From Candidatus Woesebacteria bacterium GW2011_GWF1_31_35 (lineage in GTDB: Bacteria; Patescibacteriota; Microgenomatia; UBA8517), in the NCBI GenBank assembly GCA_001029755.1, contig CP011214.1, positions 365,767-429,766 on the forward strand: a stretch of 64,000 bases of DNA. The letters run 5' to 3'. The notes beneath the pieces are model-generated. The model was not told the origin of the DNA and did no database searches. It saw only the letters and a list, made by a program, of their open reading frames with translations. Below, in pieces: positions 1-10,100 of this stretch. Within the stretch, counting starts at the first letter, position 1. Every line of letters starts with the position of its first letter. The translations under genes were made by a program, and so were the position numbers.

Positions 1-957
1 TAATTCATTTGTTAGTTTATTTTTAAGAATTAAACATGGTCCATCATCGAAGTTGTTCACCTTAAGTATTCCCCAATATGTTTTGATACGTAAACCAGTA
101 AATATATATTTATAAACCTCGGCAAAATCTTCTGCTGGTGATAAACTCCAAACTTGTCCATCTCTTGGTGTATCATTTGGAATATTTCTTAATTGATAAT
201 ATTTGATCCAATCTTCCTCTGTCATTTTACTTTCTATAAAATGTCCAAGTTCGTGGGTTAAAATATCGTCAATCTCATAGATTTTATCTTTATTTAAATA
301 TATTATAAATATTTCTCCATCCTTTATATCACGATAGCAATTAAATGAAGTGTGGCTTTTATATTGACCAATATATCCTCCACCTCTTAGGAAAATAGGA
401 CCCAACTCTGGAACATCCATTTCTCCATAGGGTGTATCAATTTTGTCATTTGGTTTGATAGCTAGGGTATTAACTATAACGATAGCAATATTTTCTAAAA
501 ATCTTTTTGGAAATTTAGATTTATAAATAACTTGGGTAATATTATTTTTAATATCATCAGTTAATGCAACTGAATTGGGGTAATCAAGTTGACCCAAAAG
601 AAATGTATATCCAACATTGTTTACTTCTTCTAAGGGAACACCTTTATTGATACAAGGTTGTAATGTGTCCATGCGATTTTGAGATAAATATGTTATAGAT
701 TTTGGCTGTTTATTAAACTTAGCCATAGTATTGTCAAGGAAGTCAGATTTTACAAAATCAAAATAATATGCCAAAAGAACAAAGATTAAAAAAACTAACA
801 AAGTTAATATTAAAATATATATCTTAGGGAATTTTTCGACAGGTTGAATAAAGTTTATACTAATTGGTTTAGTTAATATTTTTTCTTGATCAGTTGTTAT
901 ATTTTGGGGTATTGGAGGAATATCTTGACTAGCTTGGACTTTATTTAAAAGATCCAT
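1..957 (-). CDS. Putative membrane-anchored zinc metallopeptidase (HEXXH). The start codon is at 957 and the 3' end runs off the window edge.
   Basis: I translated the minus strand by hand: MDLLNKVQASQDIPPIPQN..., then an N-terminal TM helix (KIYILILTLLVFLIFV), then ...DDILTHELGHFIESKMTEEDW (HELGH zinc-binding motif). No stop codon occurs down to position 1. It is absent from the ORF track because it is open at the edge. Confidence 0.5.
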   Translation of the reverse strand, partial: MDLLNKVQASQDIPPIPQNITTDQEKILTKPISINFIQPVEKFPKIYILILTLLVFLIFVLLAYYFDFVKSDFLDNTMAKFNKQPKSITYLSQNRMDTLQPCINKGVPLEEVNNVGYTFLLGQLDYPNSVALTDDIKNNITQVIYKSKFPKRFLENIAIVIVNTLAIKPNDKIDTPYGEMDVPELGPIFLRGGGYIGQYKSHTSFNCYRDIKDGEIFIIYLNKDKIYEIDDILTHELGHFIESKMTEEDWIKYYQLRNIPNDTPRDGQVWSLSPAEDFAEVYKYIFTGLRIKTYWGILKVNNFDDGPCLILKNKLTNEL

Positions 958-1026
958 AATACTAGCTTCTCAAAGTACTGATTAATTGTCAAACTTATTT
1001 AGAAGTAAACCTTTTTCCTATATACC

Positions 1027-1092
1027 CAACGCTTAACTGGCGTCCCTCACGGCGTAGCCGTGATATGCTTGACGACAGTGCGTTGGGGATTG
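1027..1092. repeat. Nested perfect palindromes: outer cccaacgc...gcgttggg, inner cacggcgtagccgtg. This is a candidate hairpin origin or attachment site upstream of the Rep-like gene.
   Basis: The inverted repeats were read directly. Further hairpins follow at 1152-1170 (ggcatccacaaaggatgcc) and 1350-1372 (cacctcgcgatagcgaggtg). Confidence 0.5.
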
Positions 1093-1294
1093 TTTTTTAA
1101 AATAAAAAAGATTAATATCTTTTTGCTACTGGACTGATAGGCATATCAATAAATCATGGTGGCATCCACAAAGGATGCCGACAACAAATTAAAATTATTA
1201 CTTCAAAAAAAGTTGTCTTGTGTTTTGTCTGAAGAAGAATTTATTGAATGTCGGTATTCGCTTATTAAATTAGGTCGAGCTTTAGCTAGATGGC

Positions 1295-2197
1295 ATGAAA
1301 TCTCCTATGGGAGAAAAAATGCCCGAATTTGTTAAAAGTGGTAGTGCTACACCTCGCGATAGCGAGGTGCTATGCTTGACTAATATTAGAACAATTCAAC
1401 AGGATGGTTCTAATAAACCTAGGAAAAATAATTATGGAAAACCTGCCAGAATTTTTTCTTCCCCGCCTCATTTTTGTAAAAAACATCATGTTGTACTTTT
1501 AAAGAAAGACAGAAGTAATACATTTTATTCGGCTCAATCTTTTGGGATCTCATGCAATATGTGGTCTTGCCCTGTGTGTAGAATGTCAAAGACTAAAAAG
1601 TTAAGATGGCTTTTGATTCAAGTTATAAAGTTAAATAATTTAAATCACACGTTTACAATTACACTTGATCCATCAAAAATTCCATCAAAATATTTAACTA
1701 AATACAATAGCTCAGGTCATTATCTCTCATTTTTATTTAATAGATTTATGACATATCTTAGGAGGTTAATGAAAAGACCTATTAAATATGTTTGGGTAAA
1801 AGAATTCCAACAAAAAACTGGTAATGCTCACTTACATCTAATGTTTAATATGTATTTACCTATTAATCCGATTAGAAACTATTGGTCAAAAATTGGTGGT
1901 GGAGTGCAAATGGAAATTGAACAAGTTAGATCTATTGAGGGAAGTGCCGTCTATTTTTCTAAATATGTAACTGATATGGCAAATTCTATTGAAAACTTTA
2001 CTGTTGGAGAAAAACATTATTCAATTTCTCGTTCTTGTATAAAACCTGTTAAAAAATATATTCCCAAAATTGATATTGATGATTTATTTAGGCAACTTCC
2101 CATTGATATATTTTTTCTGGTGTATAATCTTTTATTAAATCCTAGTACTGATGAAGAAATAATACTTGCCCCACATCAGGAAGAATTAGACATATGA
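1295..2197 (+). CDS. HUH-superfamily rolling-circle replication initiator-like protein
   Basis: The three Rep motifs occur in canonical order: motif I HTFTITLD (uuTu), motif II HLHLMFN (HuHuuu), motif III AVYFSKYV (Y-x-x-K). There is an N-terminal Cys cluster (CNMWSCPVC). The gene is preceded by palindromic hairpins. Confidence 0.55.
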   Translation: MKSPMGEKMPEFVKSGSATPRDSEVLCLTNIRTIQQDGSNKPRKNNYGKPARIFSSPPHFCKKHHVVLLKKDRSNTFYSAQSFGISCNMWSCPVCRMSKTKKLRWLLIQVIKLNNLNHTFTITLDPSKIPSKYLTKYNSSGHYLSFLFNRFMTYLRRLMKRPIKYVWVKEFQQKTGNAHLHLMFNMYLPINPIRNYWSKIGGGVQMEIEQVRSIEGSAVYFSKYVTDMANSIENFTVGEKHYSISRSCIKPVKKYIPKIDIDDLFRQLPIDIFFLVYNLLLNPSTDEEIILAPHQEELDI

Positions 2198-3720
2198 AAT
2201 ATATAATTTATTGTCGTAAATCAACAGAAGATGATAGTCGTCAGGTTCAATCACTTGAAACACAAATTACATTACTTGATGAGTTGGCTAAAAGATGTAA
2301 TTTAGATGTTGTGGATAGATTACAGGAATCTAGAAGTGCTAAAAAATCTGATAACCGACCATTGTTTAATTTCCTAATTGAAAGAATTAAAAGTGGGGAA
2401 GTTGAAGGAATTCTTACTGCTCATATTGATAGGCTTAGTAGAAACGGTACAGAGGCTGCAATAATTACAAAACTTCTTGAAGAGAGGAAGTTAAAAGAAA
2501 TTAGAACTCCGTCAGATATTTTTAATTCACCACAAGATATTTTATTTATGGATATCAAATTTGCTTTCTCGTCATATTATTCAAGAGATCTAAGCGTTAA
2601 GGTAAAAGAGGGGATACAAACAAAATTAAAAAAAGGAGAATTTCCCAATATGGCACCTTTAGGATATTTAAATAAAGATAAAAAAATATATCCCAATCCA
2701 GAATTTGCGCCACTAGTTAAGAGAGTTTTTAATTTATATTCGTCTGGAGATTATTCATTAAATGATTTGGTTACTAAATTATATGATGGGGGTTTTAGAT
2801 CTAAAAATGGTTCAAAATTTAGAAAATCTACATATGAAAGGATGTTAAAAAATCCAGTCTATGTTGGTTTAGTAAGATGTAACGGAATAATTTACAAAGG
2901 TATTCATGAACCTATTATTTCAGAAGAGCTGTTTGAATCTTGTCAAAATATTAATAAATTTAAGAGTCGTCCAAGACTAATTAAACATGATTTTCTATAT
3001 AGAGGTTTTGTTAAATGTGCAGTTTGTGGTTGTATGTTTACAACTTCTTTAAAGACAAAACCTAGTCAGAAAAGATATATTTATTATTACTGTACTAACG
3101 GTAAGTTTATTTGTGATCAACACAAAAGTTATTTAAGAGATAATAAAATTAATGATTTAGCTCAATCTATCTTTGATAATATTTCTGAAACATTTGATTC
3201 TGAAATAGCTCAACTTTCACTCGAAGCCTATTATCAAAGCATCAAAGATGAAACGAAGTTTGAAGAACAAAGTAAAACTAATACAGAACAGTTAATTAAG
3301 AAGAATAAAGAAAAACAAAACAAATTACTTGATCTCTTATTAGAAGAGGGTGTTACCCAAGAAACATACGATACAAAACTAGAGTTACTAAAAACAGAAG
3401 AAAGAGAGTTAATTAAGAAACAAAACAATAAAAAACCTACCAACCCCGATGTTACTTTGGAACTCTTAAATAACTTCAAAAGTGAGGCTATTTCGCTTAA
3501 AAATGTGTTTTCTGGGGGTGATGATGAGGTAAAACAGGATTTATTAAAATCGGCACTTTGGAACTTTTCAGTCAAAGATGGGAAAGTGGCGAAAGTAAGG
3601 TATAAAAGATTATATGAAAAGGTCGCAAAAGTGTCAAAAAGTGACGATTTTGCACAATGGCTGGGGGACAGGGATTCGGACCCCGATACCATCCTCCAAA
3701 AAGATGTGTCCTGCCGTTAG
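2194..3720 (+). CDS. Large serine recombinase (resolvase/invertase catalytic domain + recombinase domain + zinc ribbon)
   Basis: The N-terminus IYCRKSTEDDSRQVQSLETQ matches the YxRxSTxxQ catalytic-serine motif of serine recombinases. Downstream are a Cys-rich zinc ribbon CAVCGCMF...YYYCTNGKFICDQH and a C-terminal coiled-coil, and the protein is 508 aa long. The start overlaps the Rep gene by 4 bp. Confidence 0.85.
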   Translation: MKYIIYCRKSTEDDSRQVQSLETQITLLDELAKRCNLDVVDRLQESRSAKKSDNRPLFNFLIERIKSGEVEGILTAHIDRLSRNGTEAAIITKLLEERKLKEIRTPSDIFNSPQDILFMDIKFAFSSYYSRDLSVKVKEGIQTKLKKGEFPNMAPLGYLNKDKKIYPNPEFAPLVKRVFNLYSSGDYSLNDLVTKLYDGGFRSKNGSKFRKSTYERMLKNPVYVGLVRCNGIIYKGIHEPIISEELFESCQNINKFKSRPRLIKHDFLYRGFVKCAVCGCMFTTSLKTKPSQKRYIYYYCTNGKFICDQHKSYLRDNKINDLAQSIFDNISETFDSEIAQLSLEAYYQSIKDETKFEEQSKTNTEQLIKKNKEKQNKLLDLLLEEGVTQETYDTKLELLKTEERELIKKQNNKKPTNPDVTLELLNNFKSEAISLKNVFSGGDDEVKQDLLKSALWNFSVKDGKVAKVRYKRLYEKVAKVSKSDDFAQWLGDRDSDPDTILQKDVSCR

Positions 3721-3912
3721 ACGATCCCCCAATAGAAACAATGCATATTGTATCAAATCTAGACTTTAAATTCTTTGCAGATTCCCTGAATCCAGCCAGT
3801 AACTTTTCTGTTAGTATCTGTACTGTTTCTTACAGTTATTCTTAATACTCCATTATAATTTCCACCTTTATTTTTTCTAAATGAATTTACCTTGTTTTTC
3901 TTAAAGTAGATT

Positions 3913-4452
3913 TTATTTAAATTTTGTATTGGAAATTTTGTTATTCTTGACCAAAATAATGGAAGTTCTTTTGGGGGTCTTTTTGTAGGTTTCATGTATA
4001 TATATTTCAAATTTTATACCACTTGGCTTTATTAAAAGACATTTTTTGAGCCAGAGAAGATATATCCTAATCATCTTGGGATCACTATTACTAAAAATAA
4101 GCTCCTTACTGGGATCATGTACTTTTTGTTTGCTACCCTCAGTCCAATAAAGAACGATTCCAATGATTTTGAGGTGGAAATTATTTAATTTTACAATTTC
4201 CTTACTTGATTGATCAATTATTTGTTTTGTTTTCTCAATTCTTTTTTGTTTTAGAGCTATACTACCAAATTTTCTAGCTTTTGCGTTTTTTAATCTCAAT
4301 CTTTTAACTTGTAGATTTGTGATTTTAATATTTCGTAACTACTCTGATAATGAAGATTTAGAAACTTTTAATTTTTTTAGTATTTCGGAATATGAATATC
4401 CAAGCTTTCTAAACTCTATTGCTTTTTGCCTGTCTATCAATTTAGCTCTCAT
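3913..4452 (-). pseudogene. HTH-containing ORF interrupted by an in-frame TAG. An N-terminal 37-aa HTH piece (4339-4452) reads in frame into ORF 3913-4299.
   Basis: The minus-strand translation is MRAKLIDRQKAIEFRKLGYSYSEILKKLKVSKSSLSE*LRNIKITNLQVKRLRLKNAKARKFGS... The stop is in frame with the downstream 128-aa ORF. Confidence 0.3.
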
Positions 4453-4534
4453 TACTTAATAATAGACCGAAGTGATGACGAATATCAAGCATATTGTGGA
4501 TGATTATTATAATAAGGTATAATACAGTGTTCGT

Positions 4535-4607
4535 GGGCCCGTAGCTCAGTGGTAGAGCGGTTCCCTTTTAAGGAAAAGGTCGATGGTCCGATCCCATCCG
4601 GGCTCAC
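4535..4607 (+). tRNA. tRNA-Lys (anticodon UUU)
   Basis: Cloverleaf read by hand: acceptor gggcccg/cgggctc, D stem gctc/gagc, anticodon loop cTTTTaa, T stem gatgg/ccatc with loop ttcgatc-like. Confidence 0.8.
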
Positions 4608-4630
4608 ATATACGCCATTTTTTTAAAAAT

Positions 4631-4702
4631 GGCCCCTTCGTCTATCGGTTAGGACACTAGGTTTTCATCCTAGTAAGGGCAGTCCGACTCTGCCAGGGGT
4701 CA
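4631..4702 (+). tRNA. tRNA-Glu (anticodon UUC)
   Basis: Acceptor ggcccct/aggggtc, anticodon stem ctagg/cctag with loop ttTTCat. Confidence 0.8.
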
Positions 4703-4741
4703 CATATTGCATTAATACTCTTTGTAGTATTAAATTAATTA

Positions 4742-5323
4742 ATGACCGTTTCAAACACCGAACCACCTTTGGTTGATGTTAAAGTTACTAATCCTGTTAC
4801 TTATCTTCGTCGTTGGTGGGAAAAAGTAATGGATAAGGAGGGAGTTTATTTTAGCTTTAGAATCCATCCAATTACAGCCTTTTTAATAGCTTTTGGTTTA
4901 ACTGCTGGAATTTTTAGTATTGGAAGATATTCAGTAAATATTCCATTTTTAAAATATGAAGTAGAAGATACAACAAAAACATCTCCAACCTTTGAACCTA
5001 TTTGGAAAGAAACTGCCTTTACAGGAAAACTCCAGTATAGCCCTGTTGGATCTAAATATTTTTTAATAACAACATCATCTGAAGCAATAACCTTAGAAGT
5101 ACCAAATAATTTAGATCTATTTACCCTAATAGGCAAAAGAATCTTCGCGGTAGGGGAATACAATAAGCAAACTAAAATTTTAAAGGTTGCTGATGTAAAA
5201 GATTTAGAAGTTTTATCTAAAACTCCAATTCCAATCCCAACCATAATAGCTACGCCTGCAGCAACTCCTAGTTCTACACCTATCCCGACAGATGTCATAG
5301 ACAATTCACAAACAAACCTATAA
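4742..5323 (+). CDS. Hypothetical membrane-anchored protein with a Pro/Thr-rich C-terminus
   Basis: 193-aa ORF with one TM segment (ITAFLIAFGLTAGIFSI) and a PIPIPTIIATPAATPSSTPIPT tail. Confidence 0.4.
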   Translation: MTVSNTEPPLVDVKVTNPVTYLRRWWEKVMDKEGVYFSFRIHPITAFLIAFGLTAGIFSIGRYSVNIPFLKYEVEDTTKTSPTFEPIWKETAFTGKLQYSPVGSKYFLITTSSEAITLEVPNNLDLFTLIGKRIFAVGEYNKQTKILKVADVKDLEVLSKTPIPIPTIIATPAATPSSTPIPTDVIDNSQTNL

Positions 5324-5334
5324 AATTTTCTGAT

Positions 5335-5979
5335 ATGGAAATTTTGTCAGGGATTGTAGGTTTTATTCTACATATTGATACCCATCTGGGGCAGATAATT
5401 AATGATTATGGAACTTTATCCTACTTAATATTATTTGCGATAATATTTGCAGAAACAGGGTTTGTTTTTACTCCATTTTTACCTGGAGATTCACTTCTTT
5501 TTGCGGCTGGAGCTTTTGCAGCCCTGGGATCATTTAATATACTTTTAGTTTTAGGAGTTTTGTGGTTGGCTGCATTCTTAGGAGATACAGTAAATTATTG
5601 GATAGGCCATTTTTTTGGTCAAGCATTGATTGATAATCCTAAAATTCCACTTAAAAAGGAACATATTGAAAAAACTCAAAAATTCTATGATAAATACGGT
5701 GGGAAAACCATATTTTTAGCTAGATTTGTGCCTATTGTTAGAACATTTGCACCATTTGTAGCAGGTGTTGGTAAAATGCATTACGGTAACTTTATTAAAT
5801 ATAATTTGATGGGTGGTTTGGTTTGGGTATCTGGTTTCACACTTTTAGGATACTTTTTTGGAAATATAGAATTTGTTAAGAAAAATTTTTCTTTAGTAGT
5901 TCTTGTTATAATTCTATTATCAGTAGTACCAATTATATATGAATTTACAAAAGCCAAACTCTCCAAAAATAAAAAATAA
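5335..5979 (+). CDS. DedA/SNARE-associated family membrane protein
   Basis: Characteristic FAETGFVFTPFLPGDSLLFAAGAFAA segment, multi-TM, ~214 aa. Confidence 0.75.
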   Translation: MEILSGIVGFILHIDTHLGQIINDYGTLSYLILFAIIFAETGFVFTPFLPGDSLLFAAGAFAALGSFNILLVLGVLWLAAFLGDTVNYWIGHFFGQALIDNPKIPLKKEHIEKTQKFYDKYGGKTIFLARFVPIVRTFAPFVAGVGKMHYGNFIKYNLMGGLVWVSGFTLLGYFFGNIEFVKKNFSLVVLVIILLSVVPIIYEFTKAKLSKNKK

Positions 5980-6997
5980 TTTTATTTATTTATCTGTTTT
6001 AATATTTGCATTTTTAACATTTGTTTTTATTAATAGGCAAAGTTTGTTTATAAAGTTTGGTCCTAATTTAATTAATAACTATTTAAGGTCTCAAGATATT
6101 TTAGATACTGAAAATAAGATAAAAGATAGAATACTTATCTCTGATAGTGATATTTATATCGCAAGTGGATATATGTATGCAAACGGAATAGATCCAAGAA
6201 AATACAATTTTCAACATCCTCCATTTATTAAATATTTGTTTGGCTTATCTTCAAAATACTTTAATTTACCACTTCTACCTAATATCTTTTTTGCTGGTTT
6301 TTTGATTTTGGGAGTTTATCTTTTGGGTATCAATGTTTTTAAAAACCCAACAATTGGATTTTTAGCTTCAATCTTATTAATGTTTGACCCGGTTTTTAAA
6401 GAAGTAACAATATATGCATTACTTGATTTAGGACAAATTGTATTTATATTATGGTTTCTTATAATAAGTCTTTTCTATCCAAAACATTATCTTATTGAAG
6501 GAATTCTATTAGGTCTTGCTTTAGCCTCTAAATTTTGGACCCCAGTCTTAATATTTTTAGGGATTTTATATATTTATAAACTTTTGGTTATGAAAATAAA
6601 TATTAAAAATGAACTCATTATTTTATTTATTGCATTTTTAACATTTTGCTTAACATATGTAGTTAGTTTTATTAAATCTGACGGACTTTTTAACATCTTT
6701 TTCTGGCAGGCAAAACTATTAAAGTTTATGCTAGAACATAACGTTGCTACCAAGTGGGGTAGTACTTTAAAAATGTTTTTTGGAGGATATTTACTTTGGC
6801 CAATTATATTTTTTGTAAATTTATATTTATTATTCAAAACTAAGATTAAAGAGGTTAAGTTTTTAATTTATTTATTACCAATACTTTATTTATTTTTGCT
6901 AACTTTTCAACTTTCCTTTACTCGTTATTTCATTTTGATCTTACCTTTTCTATACCTAAGTTTAGGAAAATTCGTAGTTTCTAAATTAAAAAAATGA
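5939..6997 (+). CDS. Polytopic membrane protein, possibly a GT-C-type glycosyltransferase
   Basis: 352 aa, about 9 TM helices, very hydrophobic. The assignment is weak because no strict motif was recognised. Confidence 0.35.
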   Translation: MNLQKPNSPKIKNNFIYLSVLIFAFLTFVFINRQSLFIKFGPNLINNYLRSQDILDTENKIKDRILISDSDIYIASGYMYANGIDPRKYNFQHPPFIKYLFGLSSKYFNLPLLPNIFFAGFLILGVYLLGINVFKNPTIGFLASILLMFDPVFKEVTIYALLDLGQIVFILWFLIISLFYPKHYLIEGILLGLALASKFWTPVLIFLGILYIYKLLVMKINIKNELIILFIAFLTFCLTYVVSFIKSDGLFNIFFWQAKLLKFMLEHNVATKWGSTLKMFFGGYLLWPIIFFVNLYLLFKTKIKEVKFLIYLLPILYLFLLTFQLSFTRYFILILPFLYLSLGKFVVSKLKK

Positions 6998-7023
6998 TTG
7001 TGTTATAGTTAATATATAAATAT

Positions 7024-7446
7024 ATGAAAAGGTTTACTTTCATTTTTACATACATCATTTTAATGGCAATTCCTGCTTCAATAGTTCTCTTTTTTGTTTA
7101 TGACCTGATCAATATTGAAGCCCTTATTGTTGTAATATTAACCTCACTTTTTATAGGTGGAATCTTAGAAATCTGGGCAGTTAAACAAGGAAGGGGAGAT
7201 AAATTTTATATTTGGGAATATAGTAATAAAACTACTCTCGGGAAAAAAATACTGGGTGTGGCTGTTGAAGATTTAATTCTTTTTTTAATCCTTACTCCAA
7301 TTTTTTGCATAGCCATGTGGGAGTTCGTAAAAAAATATGTTGTCACAGGCAATATCCCTCTGAAAATAGTTTTACCTACGGGGTTGATTTTTATATTTAT
7401 TACATATTTTTTTGTCTATCGAATTACTAATAAAAATAAAAAATAA
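7024..7446 (+). CDS. Small membrane protein
   Basis: 140 aa, 4 predicted TM segments. Confidence 0.4.
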   Translation: MKRFTFIFTYIILMAIPASIVLFFVYDLINIEALIVVILTSLFIGGILEIWAVKQGRGDKFYIWEYSNKTTLGKKILGVAVEDLILFLILTPIFCIAMWEFVKKYVVTGNIPLKIVLPTGLIFIFITYFFVYRITNKNKK

Positions 7447-7522
7447 CACAAGAGTTTTAAATTGATTTTTACTATTTCATTTTGATCTTACCTTTTCTAT
7501 ACTTAAGTTTATCTAATTTATT

Positions 7523-9268
7523 ATGCGAAAAATATTCCTAACAGCTTTATTTTTAATAGTCTTTATTTTTATCCCGTTCCCAACTTATGCTAAAGATTAT
7601 TCAATAGAATCTGTTAATTTTGAGGTCAATATTAATAAGGATGGTTCTGCAAATATCATTGAGACGAGAAAATATAATTTTTCAGGAGACTTTACTTGGG
7701 CCGATGAATGGATTCCCCTAAAAGGTTATAACATAACAGATATAGAAATTTTTGATGATAATTTAATTCCACTTCAATTTGAAAAGAGTTTAACTTCAGA
7801 TAAACTTTATCTTAAGTGGTATTACAAAGCTTCAGATGAGATAAAAACATTTATTTTAAAATATAAAATCGACAATGCTATCACAGTTCATTCTGATATT
7901 TCAGAATTCTATTGGCAATTAATTGGAGATGAATGGACAAAAGGAACAGGAAGTGTAACAGCCAAAGTTATCCTTCCATATGAGGCTAATGATAATAATA
8001 TTTGGGCTTTTGGACATGGACCATTAAATGGAAAAATATATATAAAAAGTACAAAAGAAGTTGATTTTTCAGTCAATAATTTACCTGCCAAAAAGTTTTT
8101 TGAGGTAAGAGTGCTTTTTCCAAGAACTGACTTTATTGATGCGAAGATTGGCTCTTCAAATCTAAAATTGATTCTAAAAGAAGAAAAAGCGTTTGCTAAC
8201 AAAACTAGAAATCAAAGTTTATTAATATTTGGAATTTTATTTATATTTTCTACCTTTATGTTTTATAGAATTATTGTTTGGTCTATAAGGTGGTATAAAA
8301 TTGGAAAAGATGAGAAATTGCCTCAAGTAAACTTGGCAGGTACATTACACGAACCACCAACTGATCTTGCTCCAATTTATGTAGAAACACTTCTTAAAGG
8401 AAGCCCTACGGGAAAATCTATTGTTTCGACAATATTAGAATTAGTAAGGAGGAAGGTGTTAAGAATAGAGTTTATCAAAAATGGTAAGAAAACTTTTTTA
8501 AGTACAAAAGACCAATATCTATTAGTATTTAATAAAGAAGATAATAAATTATCAGAAATTGAAAAGGATTTGATAGATTTTCTATTTGTTTCAAGAAGTA
8601 AGAAATTAGATTTTGATGAGATTAAATTGTTAAATAAGAGTCATCCTACAAAAACATCTATCTTTTGGTCGAAATGGCAAAAAAATGCAAAAGATGGCCT
8701 TAATGATTTAGGATTTTATGAAGATGAAAGTTTAAAATTTCAAGCTAAAGCAGTTGTTGAAACAGTTTTAGTTGGAATTGCTACTTTTATAAGTATATAT
8801 TTAGCTTCAGTTATCTTAATTTTACCTATACTTTTAATATATTTATTTTTTATGATTTTGATTTCCATTTATATGCCTAAGAAAAGCGCTTGGGGAGGAA
8901 CTGAAATGGCTGGTTGGATTGCTTTTAGAAAATGGCTTAAAGATTATTCAGTTACAAAAAATTATCCAATTGATTCTGTAATACTTTGGGAAAAATATTT
9001 AGTTTATGGAACTGTTTTAGGAATATCAGTTAAGGCTTTATCACAACTTCCAATAAAATTTTCAAAAAGCTTTGAAGGATCTGGAATGTATTTTGTTGGG
9101 AATACAGGAAACGGGGATTTTACAACTTCTTTTGCAGGACTTTCGAACGGGTTTAATTCACTTTCTGGTAGCTTTTCAGGTTTTGGAGCACAAGGGGCTG
9201 GCTCATCAGGAGGATTTTCTGGCGGTGGGGGTGGTGGTGGAGGTGGTGGTGGAGGTGGCGCAGGGTAA
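7523..9268 (+). CDS. DUF2207-like membrane protein with a poly-Gly C-terminal tail
   Basis: Signal peptide, large N-terminal extracytoplasmic domain, central TM helices, and a C-terminal GFGAQGAGSSGGFSGGGGGGGGGGGGGAG tail. This architecture is typical of the DUF2207 family. Confidence 0.5.
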   Translation: MRKIFLTALFLIVFIFIPFPTYAKDYSIESVNFEVNINKDGSANIIETRKYNFSGDFTWADEWIPLKGYNITDIEIFDDNLIPLQFEKSLTSDKLYLKWYYKASDEIKTFILKYKIDNAITVHSDISEFYWQLIGDEWTKGTGSVTAKVILPYEANDNNIWAFGHGPLNGKIYIKSTKEVDFSVNNLPAKKFFEVRVLFPRTDFIDAKIGSSNLKLILKEEKAFANKTRNQSLLIFGILFIFSTFMFYRIIVWSIRWYKIGKDEKLPQVNLAGTLHEPPTDLAPIYVETLLKGSPTGKSIVSTILELVRRKVLRIEFIKNGKKTFLSTKDQYLLVFNKEDNKLSEIEKDLIDFLFVSRSKKLDFDEIKLLNKSHPTKTSIFWSKWQKNAKDGLNDLGFYEDESLKFQAKAVVETVLVGIATFISIYLASVILILPILLIYLFFMILISIYMPKKSAWGGTEMAGWIAFRKWLKDYSVTKNYPIDSVILWEKYLVYGTVLGISVKALSQLPIKFSKSFEGSGMYFVGNTGNGDFTTSFAGLSNGFNSLSGSFSGFGAQGAGSSGGFSGGGGGGGGGGGGGAG

Positions 9269-9279
9269 TATTCACCTTA

Positions 9280-9308
9280 TTGACCGACACTTTTATTATG
9301 CTATAATA
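9280..9308 (+). promoter_or_regulatory. Sigma70-like promoter upstream of the rRNA operon (TTGACC-17 nt-TATAAT)
   Basis: ttgacc at 9280-9285 and tataat at 9303-9308, with a 17-nt spacer, about 330 nt upstream of the 16S 5' end. Confidence 0.5.
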
Positions 9309-10100
9309 GCCAGTACAAGTTAAGGGTTGACTCGCCTTCAATTGGTTGAAAACTCCACTAAGAACCTTTACTTTTAAAGAAATTTAATTACTAATAAATA
9401 AGTCTTAAATAAGAAAGAGCCGTAAGTTAATTTTTATTTTAGTTTGCTCCTGTTCGTGTTTGTGGCTTATTTATTATTAATTATTTTGTTCCTTAGTACT
9501 TTGAAAACTAAATGTGACAAGTAATTTATCTGAAAATTTATTTTTTCGTTAGTATGTAAAATAATTTTCAGGTTCAAGTTGTGACTAGGAGTGTGTAAAA
9601 GATGTTTCCGATATCGTCAAAAATTCGGAACCGTCACTTTTTGAGGATTTGATCCTGGTCCAGGATGAACGCTAGCGGTGTGCTTTAAGCATGCAAGTGG
9701 GACGAGTTGTAGCAATACAACTAGTCGCGAACGGCTGAGTATAAAATAGGAATCTACCCAATGGTGTGGAATACCTTATCGAAAGATGAGCTAATACCAC
9801 ATGACCTCGCAAGAGAAAAGGACTTAACTGTCCGCCGATGGATGAGCCTATTTCCCATCAGTTTGTTGGTAGGGTAATGGCCTACCAAGACTATGACGGG
9901 TAGGGGATTTGAGAGGATGACCCCCCAGAACAGGACTGAGACACGGCCTGTACACCTACGGGTGGCAGCAACTGGGAATCGTGCGCAATGGACGAAAGTC
10001 TGACGCCGCGACACCGCGTGAAGGATGAAGGCCTTTTGGTCGTAAACTTCTTTTGCCATATGGGTGACCATATGGAGAATAAGCACCTGCTAACTCTGTG

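Noticed and set aside
3234-3692. 152-aa antisense ORF inside the serine recombinase gene
   Set aside because: It is low-complexity, fully overlaps a well-supported gene on the opposite strand, and has no motif.
9205-9268. GGT/GGA-rich tract that looks like a simple-sequence repeat or CRISPR-like periodicity
   Set aside because: It is in frame at the 3' end of ORF 7523-9268 and encodes a poly-Gly tail (GGGGGGGGGGGGGAG). It has no repeat-spacer structure.
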